DNA of 64,000 nucleotides from Chiloscyllium plagiosum (taxonomy: Eukaryota): assembly GCF_004010195.1 (NCBI RefSeq), contig NC_057719.1, positions 45,364,423 through 45,428,422 on the forward strand. The letters are read 5' to 3'. Made by a program: the position numbers and the translations under genes. Shown here one piece after another: positions 14,070-27,180 of the stretch. Positions within the stretch are counted from its first letter, which is position 1. The number at the start of each line of letters is the position of its first letter. Under the pieces are notes generated by a model. The model was not told the origin of the DNA. It did no database searches and saw only the letters and a list, made by a program, of their open reading frames with translations.

Positions 14070-14650
14070 ACAGTGTCTACGAAAACATGTCAGAGGCTAG
14101 GAATACTGCAGCAAGTAACTCACCACTTGATTTCCTAAAGCCTACCTACTATATACGATGCACAAATCAGAACTGTGATGGAATATTCCCCACTTGCCTG
14201 GATGACTGCAACTTCAACAAAACTCTTGATACCATCCAGGTAAAAGCAGCCCACTTGATTGGCACCACATCCACTCCCTCTACCACCGATGCTCAGTAGC
14301 AGCAGTGTGTACTGTCTACAAGATACAATGCAGATATTCACCAAAGATCCTCAGACTGCACCTTCCAAACCCATGATCGTGTCCATCTAGAAATACAATG
14401 ACAACAAAAACATGGGAACACCACATCTGTAAGTTCCCTTCCAAGACATTCACCATCCTGACTTGGAAATATATTGCCATTCCTTCACTGCCTCTGGATC
14501 AAACTCCTGGAATTCCCTCCCTAACAGCAGTGTGGATCAACCTACAGCATGTGGACTGCAGCAATCAAAAGGCAACTTACCACTACGTTCTTAAGTGTAA
14601 CTAGTAATGAATGCTGTCCCAGCCAGCACTGCCACATGAAATGAAAGAAT
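14070..14650 (+). mobile_element. L2/CR1-group LINE 3' fragment nested between Copia RT and RNase H
   Basis: Y(D)AQIRTVMEYSPLAW..LDTIQVKAAHLIG; tail aatgctgtcccagccagcactgccacatgaaatgaaagaat. Confidence 0.7.
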
Positions 14651-17465
14651 GGAGAAAAGGCATTAATCATTTTTAGCGATGCTTCACATGCAAATCTTGA
14701 CAATGTGTTTTCCAATAAAGAACCATTTACTATATTCCTTGTGGGAGAACAATGGGAAAAATGGCTTCTTGGCACGGGCGGGGAGGGTGGTGCAGGGAGG
14801 CATAGCAATTAAGAATAGTGGTGAATGGCTCATTAGCTCTGCTCCTGTTGATGCTAATGACATGGTGGTCTATTTGACTAAATCTTGGAGGAAATGTTGC
14901 ATTTAAAAGTGACTGAGAAAACAATACCCATTGAATAAATAGATATAGCCAGTTTAAAGCAGATACTGAGATGAGAAAATCTCTATGCTTATATGTTTAG
15001 ATACTAATCATCAACTATTGGATTGTTTACCTCAGGAATGCCTCTGTAAACAAAAGTTCTAGAAGGATGACTTGCTCTTAAGTAGTGGGAGCATGAACAT
15101 ATGTGCATTTTTAACATCTATTTTGTAAAAATATGGCTCGTTTTTACTTCTTAATAGAAATTGAGTCTGTCAGAGTTAGAAATACATGTCCCTTTAAGGC
15201 TCAAACAAATCAAGCTCCAGAGTTGAGTGAGAGTAGGTAATGCTCATTGGACTTCCAACAGGGTTAAGTTCAGGTCAGGGCTCTTGTGGCACAGTTGTAG
15301 TGGCCCCTGACTCTGAACCAGGAAACCTAGACTCTCGTCCACCTGTTTCAGAGGTGTGCATTACATGTCTGAAAGGTTGATTAAAATATATAAGGGCTGA
15401 GTTCTGTCTCTCCATTTCTTTTCCTCATCACTTTTGTTTTCTTATTATTGTGACACTTTCGCTGGTGGGCAATGTTTGTCTATTGCTATCTGATTAATTA
15501 GTTAATTTGATAACTTGATGGTGGGTCTTTCAAAAAAACTGACATTTGTAAGCTTTTAGAAGGAGGTGGGCAGTATAAGGGCTAGGGTGCATTATTCTCC
15601 ACCAAGTCCATTTTGATTTAGCCTCTTCCTCTTTCCCTACTTTGCTTACCTTTTGTTATTGTTAGATTGATCCTGGTTGGGCAGAGCTTGTAATTTGTTA
15701 TTTGTTTAACTGGCTATTTGGGTGATTGTTGGTGGGTTTTCAAAGTTAAAAAAAAGCTGAGTTCAGTTACAAAGCTTGTTAAATGGCTGTTTTGTTAATG
15801 TGGTAGTCAGTGTATGTTTGTAACTAGAACTGTGTTTTGGACAGGGACAATGAAAGAGTCCAGAAGGGATAGGTGGAAACTGATGCTTGTACTATGCTAT
15901 AGATTTACGATAAAACCTTTGCAAATCTTTGTAGGTCATTTGTTATTGAGTTCATCAGATGGATGATGGTGTATGTAACATATTTTAACATGGATTTCAC
16001 AGGGATCTACATTACATTCTTCATGGGGTAGGTAACCCCCAGAGCATCATCTCGTTAAATGGGTGCTTCACCGACCTTTTCTCCATTCTAATTCCATACA
16101 AGGCAAAAATGCCCATAGCTGTTTTTTTCAGAATTATGGTTTGAAAGACAAATATCATTCAGTAAAATTGGGATGATTAGTTCACAGCACAGTGGGTAAC
16201 TTTGCAACACTATCAGGGTAGAAAAGCCTAAACTTAATCTGGAATAGAAATATGAAATTTTACTACTGTCCCTTTGGGTCTTAGGTTATGAGTAATTAAT
16301 AATTTAAATCTGTTCTACAGCAATGTTGCTCTTTCCTATTGTTTACCACGTAATCAAATGTATTTCATCTGGTTCTATATTTTATTTCTTTAAATAAAGT
16401 ACATGAAGGAAAATAAATATCTTTTCACTGATTCATTGAAATGGTTTCTAGATTTCCAGGTAAACGGACAGTTATGTCTTTTGTAAAACATTATCATTTC
16501 AAACTACTACCATAGACAATCAATTTCTGTTGGGTACCTGGCTTGTGTCAAGCTAAAGAATGAATGATGTTCTTAATTGATAACCAAGGAGAAAATGATT
16601 TTGAAGAGTGTTCTTTCAGTGAAGGAGTTTAATAACTGATGTCAGGGCTCCCTAGTCTCTGAAATGACAAATTATCTTAAAGAATGCACACAGCGAACAG
16701 AAATCACAATGTGACTTCACAAATAGGGAATATTTGATAAATCCACCTGTGCCAGTTCTCATAGCTACCAAGTTGGAAATGACAACAGTAGCTGTGTAGA
16801 TCTACACAGTGCTGGCTGTTCTTGAAAAGAAGGTCCTGAAAGAAGGGTGGGCTCAAAGACGTGATATTGAAAATGAGGCCAGATGCTAAATTGTAATATT
16901 TGAGCATGTTAAAAAGTAATGTCAAGAACACATTATGAGCAATAACTTAGACTATCACATCAGGCTTCCCCATAGATTTTACCTGTGAATTTTAATTGCC
17001 ATACTGGCTATACATATGGTCATCTGAATTAGGAGCAGGGGTAGGCCATTTCGTCCCTCTCGCCTGCTCCATTATTCATTAAGATTATGGCTCATCTGAT
17101 TGTAACCTCAATACCACACTCTTGCCTACCTCTGACAAGCTTTGACTCCCATGTTAGCCAAGAATCCATCTACTACTATGTGCAATGACCTACCTCCATC
17201 ACTCTCTGAGGAAGAGTCAACAATATTTGAGTATTGCAATTAAAACCATATCTGTTTTTACAGTTTATTTGACAAACATTAAATAGGTGAGTCCTATCCT
17301 GTGATCATATCACTAATCAGGCATCTCTCCTTGCAGATAATGACAATGTCCATATAAAATGTTTTAAAATAGATTAGAAAATATTCTGTAATTGGAAGTT
17401 TAAAGAATATTTCAAGACACAAGTGCATAAATATAGCTTGCTGCTCCCTATTGACAAAAAGGTTT

Positions 17466-17501
17466 ATTCCTGATGAAGGGCTTTTGCCCGAAACGTCGAT
17501 T
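17466..17501 (+). ncRNA. Minimal hammerhead ribozyme motif (PLE-type), intact core
   Basis: AUUC-CUGAUGA-A-GGGC-uuuu-GCCC-GAAAC-GUC-GAUU; predicted cleavage after C17497; starts a solitary PLE tail (to ~17560). Confidence 0.8.
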
Positions 17502-17604
17502 TCGCTGCTCCTTAGATGCTGCCTGAACTGCTGTGCTCTTCCAGCACCACTATTCCAGAAAAAACTAGAACTGTCGGTCTATTTCCCATATAGCTTTAAC
17601 GGTC

Positions 17605-18028
17605 CCATAAGACTGTAAGACATAGGACTAGAAATTAGAAAATTTGGCCCATCAAGTCTGCTCTGCCATTCAATCATGGCTGATAGATTTTTCAACCCCA
17701 TTCTCCTGCTTTATCCCCAAAAACCTTACCTATCTCTGTTTTAAATATATTCAATGACCTGGCTTCCACAGCCTTCTGTGGCAGTAAATCCCATAAATTC
17801 ACCACTCTGTGGCTGAAGAAGTTTCTCCTTACCTCAGTTCTAAAGGGTGATCCTTTTACTCTAAGGCTGTGCCCTCGAGTCTTAATCTTTCCTACCAATG
17901 AAACATCTTCCCAATGTCCACTCTGTCAAGGCCATTCAACATTCTGTAAATTTCAATCAGATTCCACCCTCATCCTTCTAAACTCCCTCGAGTATATTCT
18001 CAAAGTCCTCAACTGTTCCTCATATGTC
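17605..18028 (-). mobile_element. CR1 3' fragment
   Basis: ORF 17692..17898 TRGHSLRVKG..FRTEVRRNFFSHRVVNLW. Confidence 0.88.
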
Positions 18029-18699
18029 CCACTGTTGCTTAACTTACAACTCAATTTGTTTAATTAATACCGTTGAATTTTGAGTTTGATATGCATGGGA
18101 ACATCTTCTTTTGAACATAGATTTTTAATTTTATTTTTAAAAAGTCAATAAAAAGCAGTATTCATGAATTCCTGTGCTCTCTGTAAGAGCTATAAACTGG
18201 TAGATTTTGAGAAAACCCCAGGGGCCTAACCATGACTTCCAACTTGAAAATCATTTGGAGTAGATCTACAATGTGTAGCCTTGGCAAGTGAGAATGCCTG
18301 CTACATGAGAATATTCATAAGATTGATGGTAAATTGTCAAACACTCAGCAAACGTTATCAGAGAAATAGGTTTCGATAATAAATGAAATGCTTAGCTCTG
18401 TTCCATAAGGAGGATTCTGACTGAACTAGAAGTTTAACTGATTGGCATAAAAAAGATAAAAGTGATATGATCAATTGGTGAACTTTCTCATGGCAGGTGT
18501 GCACATCTATTTTCCCTGATTTTCTGATGGATGCAGAAGTTTATAATTAGCCGTATTAAAGCAGGTCTTGAAAGCATCACTTACTATTCCCATTCTATAT
18601 CCTAGACCTCACAGTGGTCCAGGTTTCAATCATGCACTCTTACTATCAGTTAGAGTCATCCTTGGAGATCAGAGCTTAGTCATTTAGCCTATAATCCTA

Positions 18700-18890
18700 A
18701 AAGCAAAATGTTGCAGATGCTGGAAATCCTAATTAAAAACAGAAACTATTGGAAATATTCAACAGGTCTTGTTTAAAAAGAAATGGAGCTGACGTTTTAT
18801 TCTGAAAAGGTCATATCAGACATAAAATGTTAACTTTGTTTCTCCACTGATGGTGCCAGATGTACTGGTATTTCTAGAATTTATTGTTTT
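18700..18890. mobile_element. Palindromic PLE terminal remnant (old)
   Basis: aaaagcaaaatgttgcagatgctggaaatc..aaaaacagaaa / ttattgttttta, similar to 43385 and 48680. Confidence 0.5.
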
Positions 18891-20409
18891 TACTCCTATT
18901 ACCTTAACTCACTGTACTGATGAAATTGCTCAGTGTTAAACATGTTTGACAATTTACAGCCAACCTTATGCATGTTCACTTGCAACAAGCAGCTTTACCT
19001 GACAAATGGGAAACCGTAAACCAACTTGGAATGATGTTCAAATGGAAAGCCATGGGTAGCACACTGGTAATTTTCTGAATGTACTGGCAGGTGTGTGCAT
19101 TCATAGAATCATTTGATACTGTAATGGGTACAGGAATTTGGGCTGTTTTAACTTAACTACTTTTAATTGACATTTTAAAAATATAATTAAAAATCTGAGT
19201 TGCATTGAAGGTAAGTAGATATGTATATTAAATCAAAATTGTAAAATATACTCCAAATTGATTTGTTAGTTGAGCAGCATTAGATTTGTTAAAGATGTGT
19301 AAAAGGTAAATTTACAGTTGGAGTTTTTATTGGTATTTCCTTTGCAATCTGTTCTGATCCATTTTGGATGTTAATAGAAGTACAAATACCTAACTTCAAT
19401 TAATAGAACCATGTCACAAGCGTTCACTTTATTCTAACAAAATCAAAGGTTATTATATATAGAACAAGTTAGAGAAAACAATTGGAGTAAGTTAACACTG
19501 CAACTTATTCCTTTGTATGTCATGTGCTAAGATTTACTTCCTTCTACCCCGAGAATTCCTTTAGAAGACTCATCATTCTTAAAAATTGCTTATTTTTGTA
19601 GGACTATCCATAAGTATGCCACAATCCTCTGAAGAATTCTGCTCAGCTCCTGCTATTTTCCAGGGTAAAACTTTCATTTACCAATCCTTGACTATAAATG
19701 TCTCAGTTCCTTATTCTGGTTAGTTTTCGCTACTTCCAGGTTAATTGATTTTGTTTTGCAATACGTTACAGTGCAGCGCACACTAAATTCTCCTACTTGC
19801 TGCAAATTGGGTAATCTTCAAATATTTACTCCCTTACAAGATTCAAACTGATATTGGGCCCACCTACTTGGCATGCAGTCAGTGATGCTTCAGTCTACCT
19901 GCCTACAGTGCAGTTTTGCCTAACTATCATTCACTTTAGTTAGCTTCTCGCAGTGAACCGCAAACCACATCATGTCCACACAGTAAACAGCTTTTCCAGC
20001 AAGCACTCAGTTAAATTGAAACCAGAGAATCTTATTAAGCTCCATCCATCTATGTGATGATACGGACTGTTCTGGACTCAAACCAGCCTTTATATCTGAC
20101 TTATGACTTATTTTTAGATCTTATGAAATAAGTTTTGCCTTTAAATTAATTTAGCTCTACCTCCCAAAACAAGAAAGAATCTTTTTGTCCACACTTATTG
20201 TATGCCTTGCAGGCATGATGTCACCAGCTTTTTAGCAATGTAACTCTATCTCTTCTAACTTAATTAAATGTAATCAGTTCTTAAGATGTTTTGGCAAGCT
20301 CTAAACCCAGCTTTTTTGACCTTTTTTGACCATATATTCATCATCCCAAAATTAAAAATGACCTCTAAAATATGAGCTAGACATTTGCATCATTCTTTTC
20401 TGCTTCTCT

Positions 20410-20820
20410 TCCTGATGAAGGGCTTATGCCTGAAATGTTGGTTAACCTGCCCCTCAGAAGCTGCCTGACCTGCTTTGCTTTTCCAGCACTACACTCTCAA
20501 CTCTGATCTCAGCATCTGCAGTCCTCGCTTTCTCACAGAGATGTTGAAATACACAGGGTGGTGTATTCAAGTAGCAGTCAATTGCAAGCTCAGGGTGTTT
20601 TTTGCGGGCAGAACGTGGATGTTCTGCAAAGTGGTCACCCAGTCTATGCTTCATTTCCCCAGTGTAGAGGAGACCACATTGTGAGCAGCGAATGCAGTAC
20701 ACTAGATTGTGAGAAATGCATGTAAAGTGCTGCTTGACCTGGAAGGTATATTTGGACTTTTGGATACTGAGGAGGGAAAATGTAAATGTGCAAGTGTTGT
20801 AGGGAAAGGTGCATGGGGCT
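20410..20820 (-). mobile_element. Penelope-like GIY-YIG fragment with an inverted pLTR tail carrying a decayed hammerhead
   Basis: ORF 20454..20702 YCIRCSQCGLLYTGEMKHRLGDHFAEH; cctgatgaagggcttatgcctgaaatgtt at 20411 on +. Confidence 0.85.
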
Positions 20821-20849
20821 TTAAACCAATTCAGAAGCCATTTATATGT

Positions 20850-21090
20850 TGAAATGTACCAGCCTCCACCACTTCCTCTGGCATCTCATTCCATTCATGC
20901 GCCACCCTCTGCATGAAAAAGTTACTCCTCAGGGCCTTTTTAAACCTTTCCCCTCTCATCTTAAAACCTATGTCCTCTGGTTTTGGACTCCCACATCTTG
21001 TGAAAAAGACCTTGGCTATTCATGCCCCTTATACTTTTATGGTGCCACCCCTTAGCCTCCAATGCTCTTGGGAAAAAAGCCCCATCCTAT
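20850..21090 (-). mobile_element. CR1 3' fragment
   Basis: Similar to 800-1040 (gtaccagcctccaccacttcctctggca..aaacctatg). Confidence 0.8.
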
Positions 21091-21091
21091 T

Positions 21092-21625
21092 CCGTTTTAA
21101 AATAGTTATGGAAATGGATAGAACTGATCAGAAAGTTAAAACTCTAAATTGGAGTAAGGCCAATTTTGATGGTATTAGACAGGAACTTTCAAAAGTTGAT
21201 TAGGGAGGCAACTCGCACATAAAGGGATAGTTGGGAAGTGAGAGGCCTTTAAGAGGGAGACAGCGAGAGTTCAGAGGCAGAATGTTTCTGTTCGTGTGAA
21301 GGGCAGATATAGAGAATGCTGGATGATCAGAGAAATTGAGGCTTTCGTCAAGAAAATGAAGGAGGCATTTTTCAAGTATAGACAGCTGGGATCTAGTGAA
21401 TGCTGAGAAGAGTATAAAGGCATAGGAGTACACTTAAAAGGGAAATCAGGAGGGCAAAAGGAGACATGATTATCTTTGGCAAATAAAGTTCAGGAGAATC
21501 CAACAAGATTCTATAAGTATATTAAGGGCAAAAGAGTAACTAGGGAGAGACAAGGGCCCCTTAAAGATCAGCGTGGCTGTTTATGCGTGGAACCACATGG
21601 GGATGGGTGAGATATTAAATGAATA
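21092..21625 (+). mobile_element. CR1 internal fragment (endonuclease-RT linker)
   Basis: FKIVMEMDR..KVKTLNWSKANFDGIRQELSKVD, homologous to ORF 34293..34706. Confidence 0.88.
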
Positions 21626-21639
21626 ACAGTTATACATGG

Positions 21640-21922
21640 TTATCACTGCTGCCTCACAGCACCAGGTTCCCAGGTTCGATTCCTGTCTGTGTGGAGTTTG
21701 CACATTCTCCCCGTGTCTGCATGGGTTTCCTCTGGGTGCTCCGGTTTCCTCCCACAATCCAAAGATGTGCAGGTCAGGTGAATTGGCTGTGCTAAATTGC
21801 CCATAGTGTTAGCTGCTTCATTCAGAGGGAAACGGGTCTGGGTGGGTTACTCTTCGGAGGGTCAGTGTGGACTGGTTGGCCGAAGGGCCTGTTTCCACAC
21901 TGTAGAGAATCTAATCTAATCA
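21640..21922 (+). mobile_element. HE1-like tRNA-derived SINE
   Basis: cactgctgcctcacagc, B-box ggttcgattcc, gtgtggagtttgcacattctccccgtgtctgc core, tail tgtttccacactgta..(taatc)n. Confidence 0.9.
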
Positions 21923-23864
21923 TATAAGAATATCATCTTGGCTGCATTATGAAACTAATACTAACAAATATTAGCTGTTGTTTGTTACATAATGTTGGAT
22001 TCTCTCTACAGTGAGACCACAGGAGGGAACCTTTGTGTGTAGTCGGAGAAAGAAGCTGTTCATTAATTACTGTTGCTGTTCTCATGCTGACAGAGGTTGT
22101 GCTTCATTGGGAGAGAAATATTGTCCTCCTTATTCACTAATGAGTTGCATGCTGATGCCACTGTCAATTGAAAATGAATTAGTTGCCAGGGATCTGAAGT
22201 GCTACTTAAGCAGAGCAAAGGTCTGCTCAGCCTGCAAATGATTCAGTCTGTAAATCTCATTGTACAAGACTTCAGCTTGTTCTCTCAGTAGGGAGGCGTG
22301 AAGCCCTCCCGCTCCAAGAAAAGGCTTGTAAAACTGAATTAGCTCAATGACATGTCTAAAGAAACTGGTATTATTATGAGAAGCAGAGAATTGGAATTAA
22401 ACTGCCAACTGGTAAAGCTATATATTAATGTTTATGGCCCATATTCCCCTTGTTCTTTTTAGGGATAATACCCTATCTTTGCCTCATTGAGCAAGAGTGC
22501 AAGCAGAATTACCAAAATATTCTTTTGGGGAAGGCTTCCTGATAGAAGTATAAGTTAGAAATGTATTTGCTTTAGTGTTTTTTAAATATGATTTTTTATA
22601 AGCAGTTGAAATAAGAAACTTTCAGCTAGTTTAAATGGTAGTCTGTAAACTGCCCAGGGAAGTTTTCTGTTGAACTCGACCAAACAGCACAAATTGAGAA
22701 ACACATCTGTGGGATTCAGTGGAAGAAAGGGTTAAATTGGACTTAAATTGGATCAAAGAAAACATAATGGGACTTGATTAGATCAGGGATGAGTTCTTAG
22801 CAAATACTTACAAGGCAAGAATAGTGGTTTTGTATTGCTAAATGGGGAACTGATTATAGAAGGAACATAGGACCTTTAAAATGGTTGAAGCACTTAAGTG
22901 AACAGGGGGTAACTGCAACATTAGTTTCATGTGATGTGAAGCACTTTTAGTCGCTGTTAACCACAGAGTTTGCTACAGAAATTTACATTGCTATTGACAG
23001 AACAAATACAGTTGCACCCAAAATCAAGGGTATAAGAATGTGAGCCGTGATCGGACAGGTAGCAGCTGCCTTATATATTCCACGAAGCTGTCATGTTCTT
23101 GCAGTTGAACCTTCCATGTATTTGCCACGCTTCAGCAATAAAGACTTAAAGACAACATGTAGTTCCCATGCCTGGTTATTCCTTTTATCAGGAAAACAAG
23201 TACCCAACAATATCCTCTGGGAGGTTGCCTTTGTTTGCTTTCTTCTAATATTGGACTAGGAAGATGCCTGTTAGGCAAAGACATCCAGCATTCCATGGTT
23301 GACAGAGGAAGCCAAAATTATCTTTCAAATATTAGGTCTTCTAGAACAATGGAATTCTTGGTCTCGTTTGGCAAGATGAAACCTTATAACTCTAAAACAA
23401 AAAGCTGCCCATTTCACAGGTGGAACAGAGAGGAATCTGCATGACTGATTTTTGGGAAGAGTTGCTTCTTTGTTCCACCCCACATACCAGAGCCTCCAGG
23501 ACCCTGTTTACCAGTTTTCACTTCTCAGTCATACCGGGACAAATGTCTACAAATGTGTGGAGCAGCTCTGGACAGCCAGGACTTGACTGCTTTTTAAATA
23601 TAGTGGATGCTAGTATCTCCTGGCAGTGTGGTGTATTTCTGGTTATGGAGAGTGGGTGAAATTGGGCTAGTATCAGATCAGAGGGGCACCACTGGAGCCT
23701 GGTGGCTATTTAATGAGATGAGTTTCGGATGTAAGTACAAGAAAACTTGCTCGGCTTTGTGGAAAGAAATCCTCCATGAACTTTCCCAAAATATGATAAA
23801 CTTCAACCCTCTGCTTTTGAATTGAAAAGGCAGTGATGAAAAGTAACTGAGCAACAGTAACTGG

Positions 23865-24155
23865 ATGGCATGGTGGCTCAGTGGTTAGCACTACTGCCCC
23901 CACAGCACCAGGGTCCCAGGTTCAATTTCAGCCTTGGGCGACTGTCTGTGTGGAGTTTGCACAGTCTCCTCTGGGTGCTCTGGTTTCCTCCCACAGTCTA
24001 AAGATATGCAGGTCAGGTGAATTGGCTATGCAAAATTGCCTATAGTGTTAGGTGCATTAGTCAGAGGGAAATGGGTCTGGATGGGTTCCTCTTCGGAGGA
24101 TTGGTGTGGACTGGTTGGGCCGAAGGGTCTGTTCCCACACTGTAGGGAATCCAAT
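23865..24155 (+). mobile_element. HE1-like tRNA-derived SINE
   Basis: A-box ggtggctcagtggttagc, B-box ggttcaattt, same body and tail. Confidence 0.9.
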
Positions 24156-24909
24156 AAAAAAATTAAAATTTCCACTGTTTGCAGTTACTGCCACATGAGG
24201 GCAGTAAAGCACTCTCAGTTAAATGAATGCTGAGTGTGTGCCTTCCTTTTCTATAGGCCTATGTTAGATTTTAAAATGCATTTAAATAACGCATTCAAAT
24301 GATCAGGACTTCTGAGGTGCTTCACATTCAATCGAATATTTTCGTGAAGTGGAGTATCTGTTGAATGGGAATGAACAGATATAGTTTAATTGAAGAGTTT
24401 ATTATTAGGTAAAAGTAATTAAACATGTTCTCAATTATCTTGTTCTTTTATAAATCAAATTGACACAAATATTGAATTAACAATTCTGATTTAAAAGTAA
24501 TTACATATGAATTAGAAGAATGAGTAGACAACAGCCTGGTCCACCATTCTGTCATGACCATAATTCGTCAGGATTCCTAATGTTTTCCTCATTTATATTC
24601 TGAATTTCATTTGCACATTTGAACTTTAAATTTAAAGTTAGACTTTTTCTTTATTATATCATACAAAGCTAGCCTATCACAGTGCTGATGGGCCTAGTGT
24701 TGGGAATGTGTTATAAATGGTCCAATGTATTTTATGAACCATTTTGTTAACTTGTAAGATAATGTGTGCAACAACATACCTCTCTTTCTACTTCAATAAA
24801 AAGGAACTATTCAACATGTCTTGAAGCTGCTCATTCTTCTACCAATATAAAAGTGACCTCACACTGTTTTGTATCGGATATTTAATTTTCCACATGTCCA
24901 CCAATGCCC

Positions 24910-26730
24910 CCAAGGCGATCCATATCCAAACTAATTTCTTCCGATCTCAACTGCATCCTCTCTGGTTCAGACCTCCCACCTACATCTGCAACACTATTCA
25001 CACCCTCTACCTCTTCAGTAACATCAAGTTCCCCAGTCCCCAACTCTTTATCTTCACTATGGATGTGCAGTCCCTGTACTCATCCATACTCCACAAGGAT
25101 GGCCTTCAGGCCCTCAGCTTCTTCCTCTCCAACAGACAAATTCAGTCCCCCTCCACCAATACCCTCCTCCGCTTCATCTAACTAGTCTTCACCCTCAATA
25201 ACTTTTCCTTCAACTCTTCCCATTTTCTCCAAATGCAGGGAGTGGCCATGGGCACTCACATGGGCACCAGCTGTGCCTGCCTTTTTGTCGGCTACATTGA
25301 ACAGTCCCTCTTCAGTACCTACACAGGCACTGTGCCAGAACTCCTCCGCCATTACATCGATCACTGCATCAGTGCAGCGTCCTGCACCCAGGCTGAACTG
25401 GAGCAGTTCATCAACTTCACCCACAACTTCCACCCCGCCCTTATATTCACTTGGTCCATCTTGGACACCTCCCTCCCCTTTCTGGACCTCTTCTTTTCCA
25501 TCTCCAGTGACAGTCTACTGACAGTTGTTCAGTACAAACCCACAGACTCCCATAACTACCTGGACTACACCTCCTCCCACCCAATATCCTGCAAGTACTC
25601 CATCCCACTCTCCCAATTCCTCCGCCTCCACCACATCTGCTCAGACAAGAAGACATTCCACTCCCGAGCATCCCAGATGTCCATCTATTTTGAACAATGT
25701 GCTTTCGCCCCTTGTCATCCAGACAGCCCTCCACCTCCTCAATTGCCCACTCCACTGCTCTAAACCCACGCCCCCCTCCAAAAACAATAAAGACAGGATC
25801 CTCCTTGTCCTCACCTTCCACCCCACCAGTCTCCACATTCAATGCATCATCCTTAAACACTTCCACCAACTTCAACTGGACCCCACCACCAAGAACATCT
25901 TCCCCTACCCACCCCTCTCTGCCTTCCGCAGGGATCATTCCTTTCGCTAATCCTTTGTTCACATCACTCTCACACCAACTTCCCCCAAAACCCTAATACC
26001 TTCCCCGGCAACTGAAAAAGATGCAAAACCTGCCGGCACACCATTCCCTTCACTTCCATCCAGGGCCTCAAACAGTCCTTCTACCTGAGATAGAGGTTCA
26101 ACTGCCTCTCCTCCAAACAAGTTTACTGCATCTGGTGCTCCCGATGTAGTCTTTTCTACATCGGGGAGACCAAACATAAACTAAGGGCATGTTTCAATGA
26201 GCATCTCAACTGGGCCCACAAGGGCTGACCTGACTTCCCAGTCACCACCCATTTCAATTCCTCTTCCAATTCTCTCTCCAACATGACCATCCATTGCCAC
26301 AGTGAATCAGACCGCAAATTGAAGGAAAAACACCACATCGTCTACATGGGTAGCCAGCCTACAGCCTGTAGGACTCAACACTGAGTTCTCCAATTTCAAT
26401 TAACCTCCCTTCCCATCTCCCTGACTCCTTTTCCAAACCCTCCTCCTCCCATCCATTCCTCTAATTGACCACTCCTTCAACCACCAACCGGCTTCATTCC
26501 TTCCATCATCCAACCGGGCCAGACCCTCTACCTGTGCACGCCTATCACTACCTTATCATTCTGTCCCCTTCCCCATCCAAACCCTTCCCAAAACCCCTCA
26601 TCCCCTTTTATCTGCAGCTCCCCTTACCTCACCTCCAGTCCTGAAGAAGGGTTATACCCAAAACGTTGACTTCTCCACCTCCTGATGCTGTGTGGCTTGA
26701 TGTTTTCTTCAAATCTCCTGATTGCCCACT
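24910..26730 (+). mobile_element. 5'-truncated Penelope-like element (RT + GIY-YIG + pLTR)
   Basis: FTMDVQSLYSSI (24894 ORF); QGVAMGTHMG..YIDHCI..LPFLDL..YKPTDSHNYLDYTSSHP (25233 ORF); GIY-YIG region ~26100-26400; tail agtcctgaagaagggttatacccaaaacgttgact. Confidence 0.93.
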
Positions 26731-26829
26731 ATAGTCCTCTTGTACTATTTCACATTATTTTGTGTCATCTTCAAGTTTTGACATTGTTCTTGGTATACAT
26801 TAAATAGTTGGAAACAGAAATGATCAAAG

Positions 26830-27180
26830 TATCATAGAATCTCTACAATGCAGAAACAGGCCATTTGGCCTAACTAGTCCACACAAACCCTCCGAAGAAT
26901 ATCCCACCCAGACCCATTCCCCTACCCTAATGTTCTGCATTTTCCCTGACTAATGCACATAACCTACACCTCTGAGCACTATGGGCAATTTAGCTTGGCC
27001 AATTCACCTAACCTGCACATCTTTGGACAGTGAGAGGAAACTGGAGCACCCGGAGGAAGCCCACACAGATACAGGGAGAATGTACAAACTCCATACGGAC
27101 AGTTGCCCAAGGCTGAATTCAAACCTGGGTCCCTGATGCAGTGAGGCAGCAGTGCTAACCACTGAGCCACCATGCCACCC
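26830..27180 (-). mobile_element. HE1-like tRNA-derived SINE
   Basis: Reverse complement gives ggtggcatggtggctcagtggttagcactgctgcctcac..ggtttgaatt. Confidence 0.9.

Larger units (their letters stand above)
5760..15075 (+). mobile_element. Fragmented Ty1/Copia LTR retrotransposon (GalEa-like): gag-PR-INT-RT-RNaseH with four nested insertions
   Basis: gag knuckle MNPRNPQGIVNRCFQYDSKYH (~5970-6032); protease SGCT..VCGIDWL (~7865-7905); integrase MDQVMEKWVGIG..PPTTFVMDNGDKFSN and FSNGLHERNHAI (8549-8737); RT KLVVRGFEE..IRADSPRAGK (13225-13298), SIDIK (~13367), GIFMMHVDTFVWG (~13611); RNase H LIIFSDASHANL (~14663) and HQLLDCL (~15008). Integrase upstream of RT is the Copia order. Many stops and frameshifts. 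Confidence 0.85.

Noticed and set aside
16792..16809. Perfect 18-bp palindrome ctgtgtagatctacacag
   Set aside because: A 9-bp arm can arise by chance in a window of this size and there is no supporting context
20850..21625. Twin-priming inversion of a single CR1
   Set aside because: The two opposed pieces come from distant parts of the element, and neither a tail nor a TSD links them; independent fragments are equally likely
22285..22830. Possible solo LTR (also ~30230-30570 and ~49300-49700)
   Set aside because: Only a compositional impression; no TG..CA ends with TSD could be confirmed
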